From assembly GCA_950097015.1 (NCBI GenBank), contig CATNEN010000008.1, positions 744,001 to 808,000 on the forward strand: DNA of 64,000 nt, read 5' to 3'. Origin of the DNA: Macrostomum hystrix. Lineage: Eukaryota; Animalia; Platyhelminthes. Made by a program: the position numbers and the translations under genes. Numbering within the stretch: the stretch's first letter is position 1; every line of letters begins with the position of its first letter. The notes beneath the pieces were generated by a model, which was not told the DNA's origin, did no database searches, and saw only the letters and a list, made by a program, of their open reading frames with translations. Positions 35,191-47,269 of the stretch are shown in pieces.

Positions 35191-36763
35191 ACAGCATGGT
35201 GCTAATAAAGTTACTCGTAAAAGATGCAATTATATAGAAAGTTGCTTTGCTTTGCCCTGTAGTTGGAGCCCCATGACTGCAACTAAACCGGAGTTGATAA
35301 AATGATTTCGTGTTATTTTTCTATTTAGCCAAGCCAAACAGTCCCGAATTTCTATTAGCCCAGTTGGACAAGCTACTCTTTTGACGTGGGCCGCACGCAA
35401 GCTGTCAGTCATCGCAAGCTCAGGTGCAACGAGACCAATCGCAGTCGACAGTACCAGTCTGCTCAAGGTTGATCACGCGCCAAGCACTGAGGAGTCCAAG
35501 GAGTGGCTTTAAAATGTGAAAAGCTCCATATAAAGAAACTCGACTCTGCGTGAGCGACACCTGGGGGTGGGCGAAGAGAGATAAACGGATGCAGCCATGA
35601 CTCACCTGTGGGCTGTAGTTGCGGTACTGAGACAAATAAATTTTTGCTTGTAACGCACACACCAATATGCGATATGAGCTATGAGTGACTGGCAGCTAGC
35701 AGCGGGCAACTCAGGCTCACATGACTGAGTCAATACAATTTACTGAGGTGTGACTTTTAACAACTGGAAATATTCTGGTGCTGTTTCCATCGGGGCACTC
35801 GATGCTGCATCGCGAGTGTCTCTCCATTGCAGATATTACCGCCACGCCAAATTGTTGACAATAAATTCGCGAAGCTCATTGGGTTTCATTGGGCTGTGGC
35901 TGGCTCATTGCAATTTCACGATTCCACGTTTGGCTCAACTGCGCCTTCTTTTGTGGTGAGCATCTTCTCTTAGCGATGACTAAGAGACCTCGCGGGCGGA
36001 GAGATTATGCAGAACGGCAATTATGACTGGAAGCCAATTTCATGGCGTCCCAGAGATGCTATCTTGTATGGGATCATGGACAGAGCGTCCGATTTTAAAT
36101 TATCCCCTCCCACAGGATGAGCCGGGATCAGAGCTGGCGGGTGGGATCGAAGGATCAGTCGGCAATAATAAATCAACAAGAGTGTACCGCAGATGAGACA
36201 CACAGCTGTAGCTCTAAAACTATGTTTTATAGGGCAATTCCTTGTCCCTTTCGCTGGGTCCCATTGCACAATGGACTATATTTCACTTCGTTATAAAACA
36301 AACCGATGGGTTATAAATCGCGTGAGGATAATTCTAGACCCATCCCCTCTGCTCAGAATTTGCGTTTATTGCTGCTGTTTTCTAGAGACCAAAAACGGTG
36401 TAAAATCATCATTCAGGATTTCGAATCGCGCGATCTACGCAAACCTTCGTGTGCCAGGTCACAACGTCATGATAACATTTAGTTCCTAAAAATAGACCTT
36501 CGTGCTACCTAAATCAAATGCCTGACAATATACACTCAGTGCTGCTATCTTCTCCTCGAACCAAATTTACCCTGGCCGTGCCGCCTCAGCCAATCAGAAT
36601 GCGTCCTGCGCTGCCCATTGCCAGTGTGTGTTGCTCTGTCAGAGAGCGACACGAACAGAGAAAAAGGAGGAACAGACGAGAATTCCTTCGGTGAAAAACC
36701 AGCCGTAAAAATCTGACTGCTAAACTGTCCCTTCTCAGCCTTGGAGATGTCAGAACAGCGCCG

Positions 36764-38005
36764 ATGCCGCTAGTTACGAGCCAGCGCCGTGCTGGGCGGC
36801 ACTTCTACGCCGCTGCTCAGCACACGTGCCTACTCTGCCTGCTGCTGGCGGTCGTCATGGCGACAATGTCGACGGCCAAGCCGCCGTGCCCGGCCCAGAC
36901 GCCATGCCAGTGTACCGACAAGCGACTAAAGTGCGTCCAGCAAGACGTGCAGCCGCCAGAGGATGCGGCAGAGCCGCTGCACTACCTTTCAGCGGTGCCC
37001 TACTTTGCCCCGAGCAGCCTTGAGACGCGCTGGTCCTACGCCTTCCACGAGTTACGCATTCGCAACCAGGCCATGACTAACCTTAGCCTGGCATATCCGT
37101 GGGGCGCGCTCAGTCTCATCCGGGTTGAGGTCACCAACTCGCTGGTGCGCCGCCTGGCTCTGGGAGCCTTTCGCGGCCTCACAGGAGTTCGAGCGCTAAA
37201 TCTGTCGCATAACATGCTCTCAGCGGTTGACGAAGATGACCTCAGCGAGCTGCCAGCTCTGGAAGAACTGGTGCTGCATAACAATCTTATCAAGGTGCTC
37301 CATCCTGGAGCGTTGAAGCATAACGGCCTGATTGCCAAGCTCTACCTCAGTCACAACCTGCTGACAGAGGTGCCTACTGGCTTAAAACGGCTCACTTACC
37401 TGACTCATCTATACCTGCAGTACAATAACATTGCGCTGATTCCCGATCGAGCATTCGACGGACTAACCCGCCTCATCATCCTGGACCTTGGAGCACTGCG
37501 CGCCGGCCTGATTATCGGAGACTCGGCATTTTGCGGCCTCCAGGGCGGCCTTGTGGCGCTCTACCTTCGCGACAACATTCTGCGTCGGCTCGACCTGTGC
37601 GCGCTGGGCCAAGCTCGCGCTCTTAGCGGTCTCAACCTCACTGGCAGCCTGTTTCCCTGCACCTGCCAGGCCTACAGCTTCGCCAACCTCAGCAACTGGC
37701 AGCGACTCTACGGCTTCGCGCCACGCTACGTGTCCTTCGAGGCAAGCTTGCTGTCGCGCGAGTGTGACCTCTACTGCCCTGACAGGCCGTCGCCCTGTCC
37801 GGACTACTGCGCCGTCAGGGCTGCGGCAGCGGCTTTGCCGCCGCCCAGGCTGGCCGCGACGGCTGCGGCGGCCGGAAGTTTTGCCATAGACGACGGCAGG
37901 GGCGGCGCAGTCTCAGGGCTCTTATCGACTCGCGCAGGCTCTTGTCCCATTGTTTCCTATGCTGACCATCAGCTTACTGTTCACTTGGTAGCCCTTGATG
38001 CATAA
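36764..38005 (+). CDS. Secreted/cell-surface leucine-rich-repeat protein (signal peptide, LRRNT, ~8-9 LRRs, LRRCT)
   Basis: 413-aa intronless ORF. Hydrophobic leader LLCLLLAVVMATMSTA; Cys cap CPAQTPCQC...C; typical LxxLxLxxNxL repeats (ALNLSHNML, ELVLHNNLI, KLYLSHNLL, HLYLQYNNI, ALYLRDNIL); C-cap PCTCQ. The true C-terminus may lie in the +1 frame, ending at 37991. Confidence 0.88.
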   Translation: MPLVTSQRRAGRHFYAAAQHTCLLCLLLAVVMATMSTAKPPCPAQTPCQCTDKRLKCVQQDVQPPEDAAEPLHYLSAVPYFAPSSLETRWSYAFHELRIRNQAMTNLSLAYPWGALSLIRVEVTNSLVRRLALGAFRGLTGVRALNLSHNMLSAVDEDDLSELPALEELVLHNNLIKVLHPGALKHNGLIAKLYLSHNLLTEVPTGLKRLTYLTHLYLQYNNIALIPDRAFDGLTRLIILDLGALRAGLIIGDSAFCGLQGGLVALYLRDNILRRLDLCALGQARALSGLNLTGSLFPCTCQAYSFANLSNWQRLYGFAPRYVSFEASLLSRECDLYCPDRPSPCPDYCAVRAAAAALPPPRLAATAAAAGSFAIDDGRGGAVSGLLSTRAGSCPIVSYADHQLTVHLVALDA

Positions 38006-39481
38006 TTAATTAACCAATCTCGTGTCCAACCGCACTACAAATCAATTTTCATCAGCAATTTTTTTATTTGACTTGAACCAATTGTATCTTTGCTTTGTCT
38101 AAAACTGCTTTAGCTGTTGTGTTCCAATCTGTTCTGTGTGTTTGTTGCTAAAATAAGGTCCTGTCGGAAGAAATTTGAATCGTTGGCTCCCAGAGCCTCG
38201 GAATGCTAGCTTTTTTGCTCTATAGCCGGCATCCATTTTTCCGGGCCCAATTTTCAGATTTGTCTTCTTTCTGTTGCTATACGAAGCGTCATTTCGTTTA
38301 CTCCACTTTCTGACGTCTCACCTATTGCGTCTTTGGAGGAGAATGAGAAACAGCACAGCACAGGATGGGCCTGGTTTCTGTACACACGATTATTTTTCGC
38401 AGTCAGCCAACCAGACACCCGCTCAGCACTCGATGCGAGCCGTTGTAAATAAACGCAAAATCCGTCTGCTGCTTTCATCATTGCCCGCCTGCGAACTAGG
38501 ACCCATTTGGGTTGGAACTGTTGTGTGTTCTCCTTTTTTATCATCGTTTTGTTTCCACAGAGTGAATGCAACGCTTTGCTTGGCTTGATAATCAGCAGCA
38601 TGTAGCCATCGAGTGCAGCTTTTCCTGAGAGACCTTCTCTTCCTCTGATCTCATTTTCCTTATACTTTTGCACAGTGAAATTGATACAGCCTTGATAAAG
38701 AAGCCAGGCCATTGAGGACCTCTCGATTGCAATGTCGCTTTTAGGGTCAACCCACCCTTCCCCCGCTTGCCTCTTCCAGGAGCTTGCCTAGCCGGATGTC
38801 GGCCTTTGTGACTGCCGAAAGAAACCTGCTCACAATTAGGCCCTGCCGTGCGGTTTTCAAGCTCGTGTTTCTGACCTATTACCTAACGTTTCTATCTCAG
38901 ATATGCAAAAGAATTGCTTAGAAAATGGCAGCATCAGCGAGACTTCTAAGCCAAGCCCCCCAATCCAAAGTCTTCAAAACTTCGTCTTTTGAAGTCGTCG
39001 CTTGTTGCAAATTGGAGTTAAACAGGTGGAAAATGCTGTCGAGTACGCGATTGCTGCATTTTATTCGCAGACTCCGTCCAAAACGACAACCTACAACTAT
39101 TGCACCCTTGTCCAGCGAGTATTATCTTGGAATAGAAATCTTTCTCACTTACCTGGCCCCTTCTCAGTCTCTATACTCAAGACGTCAAGCCCCACCCGTG
39201 CACTAGTCTGTCGTCCTTCTATTTGACTTAAACTACTGTCTCACGCAGCCATTATTAAGTAGTTGTTTAGAAGGCGACATACAGTATTATAGTATAAGTA
39301 GGGAAGCCATTCAATTTCGCAACTAGCACACGTTCAATAAAAAGCAAACAGGTTTCAACTGTCTGATGGTGTCTGCCGACAAGTGTGTAAGCACAAACTA
39401 CTTAAACTCGTACTTTGGGCAGAGAGGTGCCTTTCAAAACATAGCAACAAATTAAAAGTTATTTGCACATTTATCTTGAAG

Positions 39482-39540
39482 GTCTGGGGTTTGCTTCCGG
39501 AATTCACAGCAACAAATTGTGTCCTTTAGCAAGACTTATA
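39482..39540 (+). mobile_element. SINE family 1 head/CORE fragment
   Basis: ggggtttgcttccggaattcacagcaacaaattgtgtcctttagcaagactt. Confidence 0.5.
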
Positions 39541-39806
39541 ATTTCTAATTGCAAATTGCAAATGACGTAGGAAAATTCATCAATAAGCCACACTCTCATA
39601 TGAAAAATAATGCATAAATTTGGTTTATAAAAACTGAAGTTTCACAATCACCTCAACGTATGAGTATATTAGTATCCTTCTAATTTAGTAGTCCTTGAGG
39701 CATGTTTCTGTCCTTTTCGACATCATTAAAAAATGTCTTTATCTGGCTTCTTTCTTTTATACTAAAAACTCAATAAGCGTCAGACTAATATCACCCAATT
39801 CAATAC

Positions 39807-41420
39807 TACGGCCCGGCCAAAAAATAGGACTGCTCAAATATTGCTTCAGCTATGTGAGCTATGAATCTGAAAATCGATAATAGTATTTTTCAATGTCTAT
39901 GGTAGATTTATGCTAGGCTTCCGAGTGCGTAAATAGTCTTGGCACGAGTGCGCTGCGCACTAGGAAGCCTAGCATAAGTGCATTGATTTATGACCAAGTG
40001 TGTGTGCGCAAGACCAGCTCCTTCGGCCCATAGACAATACCCGTCTGGGATTTACTGCATAGTAGCTCAGAAGAGGGATGGCATAGTCATGTCATTTACC
40101 GCACAGTTGCGGAATTTACTGCACACTTCAATCTATTTCTTTGATGGCCTTTGGGCCATAAACTATACACGAGCTTGAGACGTTTACGCACACTTGGTTA
40201 TATGTCAATGGACATAACTCCTGAAAAAGCTACAGCAGCGCATTTATGGTTTCTTGTCACTGCTGAATGCAAGCTTTTGCCTATCGCTACCCCTATGGCA
40301 TTTCCTAGCACTTATCTTACCTCTTACGATGGTCAAACAGCGCGAAATCGTTGTTGACTGCTTTAAGGCCGGGAGATCGGCCAAGGAGTACATGCAGCAC
40401 GTGCAGACCATCTACGGCAGCGAAGCCTTGTCGCGGAGCCAAGTATATTTCATATTTGAACAGCTTCGTGAAGATCACGATGGCTCTGATGGCAGAGGTC
40501 ACCATCCTGATCCAACTGTTAGGACGCCAGCGAATGTGGCGATGGTTGAGGAGCTGATCAGCGACGACAGGCGCCTCACTGTCAGGGAACTGCACGAATT
40601 CACTGGCATCCCGAAGACAACTGTTGACGAGATTCTGACCAAGGATCTGCAGCTCAAGCTTGTGTCAGCAACATGGGTGCCGCACCTTCTGACTGAGGAG
40701 AACCGAGCTGAGCGAGTTCGCTGCGCCAAGAACTTCCATCGACTGATGCGCAGCAATCCCGGCTTCCTTGATCGAGTCATTACTGCTGATGAGACATGGC
40801 TGCACTATGTGACGCCAGAGACCAAGGTTCAGTCGAAGCAGTGGGTTCCGCGTGCAGCTGCGGCCCCAACGAAAGCGCGGGTGTCGCGCAGTGCCAAGAA
40901 GACAATGGCCATTGTGTTCTTCGACTCGAGCGGGCTGGTGTACACGCATTATGTGCTAATGGGCTGACGGTCAACAGCCAGTACTACTGCGAGGTCCTGG
41001 ACACTCTGCAAGAGCATATCAGCCGCAAAAGGCCGCAGCTGGCGCGAAGAGGCTGGTTCCTCCATCATGACAATGCCCGCCCCCACGTGTCAGCGTTGAC
41101 CCAGCAGTTCCTGGAGAGGCGAGGCATTCAGACTGTGCCACATCCGCCGTACTCCCCGGACTTGGCCCCATGCGACTTTTGGCTATTTCCGTGGCACCCG
41201 TTTTGACTCCCTGCAGGAGGTCAAGAATACTTGGGAGGGGTCACGACCCCTATGCCTGCGTCTAGCTTCGCAGAGGCCTTCGACAAGTGGCTGTTGAGTT
41301 GGGAGCGGTGTCTGGAGAAAGGTGGCAATTTTGTTGAGAAGTGACTCAAGTTTCGTCTGGTTTGCATGCATTGTAGCTGAGTTATTAAAGCAGTCCTTTT
41401 TTGGCCGGACAACCCTCGTA
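39807..41420 (+). mobile_element. Decayed mariner (DD34D) transposon; transposase pseudogene 40329..41344
   Basis: Motifs WVPHLLT, TADETW, HHDNARPH and YSPDLAPCDF give 34 residues from D to D. The right TIR ends ...GGACAACCCTCG-TA at 41420. The left TIR (ccggccaaaaaataggactgc, ~39807-39833) is damaged at its outer end. Lesions: -1 at ~40956, a deletion at ~41190, -1 at ~41240. Confidence 0.92.
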
Positions 41421-41885
41421 TATCCCTTCTGCCTATTTAGAGTAGGCAAACGAGCATATAAGCACCGTTAAAGAATAATTTTCCAGACATCTCAGAAATA
41501 TAATAAACATATGCGAAAGACACAATAGTATTAATTTAGATATTTTCTAGAAATGCGATATATCCTCATTAGTGATTTTAAACCTTTTTTTATTTTTTTA
41601 ATGAACGACCAGTTTTTCAGTTGATAAACAGGAGGATTTCAATAATTTATGCTGCAGCAATCATTCACAATCTGCAGTCAGCTTATGCTAGGCTTAATCT
41701 AATACACAGATCAACTGTCTCGCTCAAAAAACAGCGCCATCTTCATCTGTACAGCTGTTTTATTATCTTCAACCCAGTTGAAATATTTGTTTCTACGAGC
41801 TACATCGCACTTTTACATTATTGCCCTTGATAGCATTAGAATTGAGTGTGAAGCTAAGCTATGCTCGTTGCTCTAAACACTCAAC

Positions 41886-43085
41886 ACTGACTCTCCCCAA
41901 CTGACTCTCTCCCCACTGACTCTCTCCCCACTGACACTCTCACCCACTCACTCTCTCCCCACTGACTCTCTCCCCACTGACTCTCACCCACTCACTCTCT
42001 CCCCACTGACTCTCTCCCTACTGACTCTCTCCCCACTGACTCTCTTCTTACTGACTCTCTCCCTACTGACTCTCTCCCTACTGACTCTCTCCCTACTGAC
42101 TCTCCCCCACTGACTCTCCCTCACTAACTCTCTCCCCACTGACTCTCCCCCACTGACTCTCCCCCCACTAACTCTCTATCCCCACTGACTTTCTCCCTAC
42201 TGACTCTCCCCCTACTGACTCTAACCCACTCACTCTCACCCACTCACTCTCTCCCCACTGACACTCTCCCCACTGACTCTCTCCCCACTGACACTCTCCC
42301 CACTGACTCTCCCCACTGACGCTCTCCCTACTGACTCTCCCCCCCACTGACTCTCTACCCACTGACTCTCCCCACTGACGCTCTCCCCACTGACTCTCCC
42401 CCACTAACTCTCTCCCCACTGACTCTCTCCCCACTGACTCTATCCCTACTGACTTTCTCCCTACTGACTCTCTCCCTACTGACTCTCCCCCACTGACTCT
42501 CTCCCTACTGACTCTCTCCCCACTGACTTTCTCCCTGCTGACTCTCCCCTACTGACTCTCCCCCTACTGACTCTAGCCCACTCACTCTCTCCCCACTGAC
42601 TCTCACCCACTCACTCTCTCCCCACTGACACTCTCCCCACTGACTCTCACCCACTCACTCTCTCCCCACTGACACTCTCCCCACTGACTCTCACCCACTC
42701 ACTCTCTCCCCACTGACACTCTCCCCACTGACTCTCTCCCCACTGACACTCTCCCCACTGACTTTCTTCCTACTGACTCTCTCCCTACTGACTCTCCCCC
42801 ACTGACTCTCTCCCTACTGACTCTCTGCCCACTGACTCTCCCCCACTGACTCTCACCCACTCACTCTCTCCCCACTGACACTCTCCCCACTGACTTTCTC
42901 CCTACTGACTCTCTCCCTACTGACTCTCCCCCCACTGACTCTCTCCCTACTGACTCTCTCCCCACTGACACTCTCCCCACTGACTCTATACCCACTGACT
43001 TTCTCCCTACTGACTTTCTACCTACTGACTCTCCCCTACTGACTCTCCGCCTACTGACTCTCTCCCCACTGACTCTATCCCACAC
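41886..43085. repeat. ~15-bp pyrimidine-rich minisatellite
   Basis: Unit ccactgactctctcc. Confidence 0.95.
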
Positions 43086-43539
43086 TGAATCTCCCTTTAT
43101 CTCCGCATATCTTGTCTCTCTCCTCTTTTACTGTATGTTTCAAAGCCCCAATTCCCAATCGCCATAGGTAATATCTCACAGCTTCAGCTCATAAATCGTG
43201 CTTCTTCCTCTGCCCTTCTCTCTCCTCGCTACGGACATATACGGGCAATTAAACAATATTTTAGATTATTTCTAACTAATCATATCCCATCCTCTATATC
43301 CATAGCTCCATGACAATCCTATTGCATACGGATAAAAAACTTCAACAGGTAGTGGAACTATGGCAGAATTGCTTGTGCGTGTGTGTGCGTGTGTCTGGGC
43401 TATTTTACCGAAACCGGTTTGATGCACCAGTTTTTTTATTGCAAAATATCCTGCTCCATTAAGTATAATTTGAAATGGCGCCATATTGAATTTTGCAGTT
43501 TTGTTATATTATTGCGTTAAAATTGATGCATGCAAAATT

Positions 43540-44337
43540 TGATGCAAAAATGTATCAATTATTGATGCGTTAGGGAGGTCCAACTTGATAAATGAAGCCA
43601 TGAATGCCTGAAAATGGAAAAATGTATCAATCATTGATGCGTTGGGGAGTTCCAACTTGATGAATGAAGCCATGAATGCCTGAAAATGGAAAAATGTATC
43701 AATCATTGATGCGTTGGGGAGTTCCAACTTGATAATGAAGCCATGAATGCCTGAAAATGGAAAAATGTATCAATCATTGATGCGTTGGGGAGGTCCAACT
43801 TGATAAATAAAGCCATGAATGCCTGAAAATGGAAAAATGTATCAATCATTGATGCGTTGGGGAGGTCCAACTTGATGAATGAAGCCATGAATGCCTGAAA
43901 ATGGAAAAATGTATCAATCATTGATGCGTTGGGGAGTTCCAACTTGATAAATAAAGCCATGAATGCCTGAAAATGGAAAAATGTATCAATCATTGATGCG
44001 TTGGGGAGTTCCAACTTGATAAATAAAGCCATGAATGCCTGAAAATGGAAAAATGTATCAATCATTGATGCGTTGGGGAGGTCCAACTTGATAAATAAAG
44101 CCATGAATGCCTGAAAATGGAAAAATGTATCAATCATTGATGCGTTGGGGAGGTCCAACTTGATGAATAAAGCCATGAATGCCTGAAAATGGAAAAATGT
44201 ATCAATCATTGATGCGTTGGGGAGGTCCAACTTGATGAATAAAGCCATGAATGCCTGAAAATGGAAAAATGTATCAATCATTGATGCGTTGGGGAGGTCC
44301 AACTTGATGAATGAAGCCATGAATGCCTGAAAATGGA
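43540..44337. repeat. 72-bp tandem repeat, ~11 copies
   Basis: Unit gccatgaatgcctgaaaatggaaaaatgtatcaatcattgatgcgttggggaggtccaacttgataaataaa. Confidence 0.95.
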
Positions 44338-44917
44338 AGCTAGTTAGATACTTTATTGAAAGCAATTATTAAAAAATGCGGAACACGAAATGTCTAATTG
44401 CTGCAATAGTTTTCTTAGTAAACAAATTAAAATCGGTCAACCTTCTTAGACATGTTTATCATTTATTTTCCTTATCATTCTCCCGAATTCTCTGCTCATT
44501 TTCTAACGTAAACGGACTCGTGTAACTAACTAGTAAGAAAGTAACGATATACCTTGTGCCAAGTAAAATTAACTACATGTAGTACTGTCCAAATAGTAGA
44601 AATGACTCGGTGTGATCAGCGTGAGTAGCCTATCTTTCACAGTGAGATTTACTCGGACCCGAATCAACCTGGTGACTCAGAATAGACCATGATCACTAGA
44701 CTTTTTGGGCGAGACAAAAACGATTAGATAAAGTGGGCTTTCAATTTCAGTTGCACCTTTACGCTCGTCTGTTCTCATAGAAATTTCGCGGTCTAGCAGT
44801 TCGCAATGTTTCAAATGCTAACTTACGATTCACCAAGTTATACTTCTGAATTCGGTGATTCCGAAGTACACAATCCATGTGAATTTGCTACTTAAGCTTT
44901 CTTCTCACTGTTTACAC

Positions 44918-45471
44918 CAGGGGTCGGCAAACTCCGGCCCGCGGGCCAGATGCGGCCCTCGAAGCTCCCAAATCCGGCCCGTTGCCCATTCCGACATCTA
45001 CAGTATCCTGTCTCGTCTCTCCCCTGTAATATCTCTCCCCTGTCTCATCGCTCCCCTGTCCCCTGTGTCCTTTCTCTCCCGTGTCTCATCTCTCCCCTGT
45101 CTGAACTCTCCCGCGTCACATCTCTCCCGTGTCTCATCTCTCCCGTGTCTCATCTCTCCCGTCTCATCTCTCCAGTGTCTCGTCTCTTCCCTGTCTCATC
45201 TCTCCAGTGTCTCGTCTCTTCCCTGTCTCATCTCACCTGTGTCTCATCTCTCCTGTGTCTCATCTCTCCCGTGTCTCATCTCTCCCCTGTCTGAACTCTC
45301 CCGCGTCTCATCTCTCCCGTGTCTCATCTCTCCCCTGTCTCAACTCTCCCGCTTCTTATCTCTCCCGTGTCTCATCTCTACATTGTCTCATATTTTTACA
45401 GTCAATGCGGCCCGCTGTCGTCTTTTAGGTTCTCTATTTGGCCCGCTAGCTAATAAGTTTGCCGACCCCTG
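44918..45471. mobile_element. hAT (Charlie/Buster-type) MITE with internal pyrimidine-rich minisatellite
   Basis: Perfect 15-bp TIR CAGGGGTCGGCAAAC / GTTTGCCGACCCCTG. Perfect 8-bp TSD GTTTACAC (44910-44917 and 45472-45479) with central TA. Subterminal CGGCCC motifs. No ORF other than repeat-derived ones. Confidence 0.93.
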
Positions 45472-45609
45472 GTTTACACTAAAGACTTGTTCAAACTGGC
45501 CTCAAATAACTAGTTTTGACGTACATTTATAGATGAATCACTCGGTAAATATATTGGTGAATCTCTGCATCTGGATATTTCTTAACTCTAAGTGTGTACC
45601 ACACAATCT

Positions 45610-46940
45610 TCTAATATACTAAAAATGAAAATCTTGCTTGTATGTTTGCAATCGACTAGCTCCCAAACGGCTCAACCGATTTTCGCAATTCCTTCGCCAA
45701 AAGATCACAAATGGGCCAGAATCGGTACACGTATTTTTATTAAGCTTAATTCCATTGCCAAGGGGATTAAATATTCGAAAAACAGTTTTAAATAGGCTTT
45801 TCTAATGCATTCTTGTTTTCAGCTTGTGCACAGTGAGGCTCCAGTGCCAATTTTTATGATTGCATCAGAGCCAGTTTTGATAACGCACGCGCGTACTGAT
45901 AAGAACTCACAGAGAGGCTACCCAGAGGGTAGCGAAGGCAGCTAGTCTAATATACTAAAAATGAAAATCTTGCTTGCTTGCTTGCTTGCTTGTATGTTTG
46001 CAATCGACTAGCTCCCGAACGGCTCAACCGATTTTCAAAATTCCTTCGCCAAAAGATCACAAATGGGCCGGAATCGGTACACGTAATTTTATTAAGCTTA
46101 ATTCCATTGGCAAGGGGATTAAATATTCGAAAAACAGTTTTAAATAGGCTTTTCTAATGCATTCTTGTTTTCAGCTTGTGCACAGTGAGGCCTCCAGTGC
46201 CAATTTTAATGATTGCATCAGAGCCAGTTTTGATAACGCACGCGCGTACTGATAAGAACTCCAGTGAGGCTACCCAGAGGGTAGCGAAGGCAGCTAGTCT
46301 AATATACTAAAAATGAAAATCTTGCTTGCTTGTATGTTTGCAATCGACTAGCTCCCGAACGGCTCAACCGATTTTCGCAATTCCTTCGCCAAAAGATCAC
46401 AAATGGGCCGGAATCGGTACACGTATTTTTATTAAGCTTAATTCCATTGGCAAGGGGATTAAATATTCGAAAAACAGTTTTAAATAGGCTTTTCTAATGC
46501 ATTCTTGTTTTCAGCTTGTGCACAGTGAGGCCTCCAGTGCCAATTTTAATGATTGCATCAGAGCCAGTTTTGATAACGCACGCGCGTTCTGATAAGAACT
46601 CACAGGGAGGCTACCCAGAGGGTAGCGAAGGCAGCTAGTATCTAATATACTAAAAATGAAAATCTTGCTTGCTTGCTTGCTTGCTTGCTTGTTTGCAATC
46701 GACTAGCTCCCGAACGGCTCAACCGATTTTCGCAATTCCTTCGCCAAAAGATCACAAATGGGCCGGAATCGGTACACGTAATTTTATTAAGCTTAATTCC
46801 ATTTGCAAGGGGATTAAATATTCGAAAAACAGTTTTAAATAGGCTTCTAATGCATTCTTGTTTTCAGCTTGTGCACAGTGAGGCTCCAGTGCCAATTTTA
46901 ATGATTGCATCAGAGCCAGTTTTGTTAGGCGAGCGTACTG
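45610..46940 (+). mobile_element. Tandem array of non-autonomous Helitron-like units (~340 bp; 3 complete plus 1 3'-truncated)
   Basis: Units at 45610-45945, 45946-46297, 46298-46638 and 46641-~46940. Each starts TCTAATATAC, carries a variable (GCTT)n/(GTAT)n microsatellite, and ends with hairpin GCTACCC-AGA-GGGTAGC followed by CTAG. No TIR or TSD. Confidence 0.8.
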
Positions 46941-47269
46941 ATAAGGAATTTCTCACCCAAATGTGCATAGCTGTGTCAACCCCACTGGAGAGATAATTAC
47001 TGCCCAATGTGCACAGACTGAGCTGGCTTCTGTTATCTGTTCGGCACTGAGATATTTTTTTATTTTTATTTATTGAGTTTTATTCAAACTCATTTAGCAG
47101 ATATAGCACATTTCAATTATAGCAGATTCATTCACATCACAGCATACTCCAAAGGCAACAGCTGAGAACTGAATTGATTCAAGTGATCGGCCTTTCTTGG
47201 CAGCAAGTAACATTTGTTGATTATACTTGCTTACTTACTTGCTTACTTGCTTACTTACTTGCAAAAGCA

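Noticed and set aside
38254-38712. 152-aa minus-strand ORF, faintly like a hAT TTF zinc finger
   Set aside because: Key Cys/His residues are absent and no termini were found.
43509-44365. 220-aa hydrophobic repeat ORF from the 72-bp array
   Set aside because: It has no ATG start, signal peptide or unique domain, and the frame is broken within the array.
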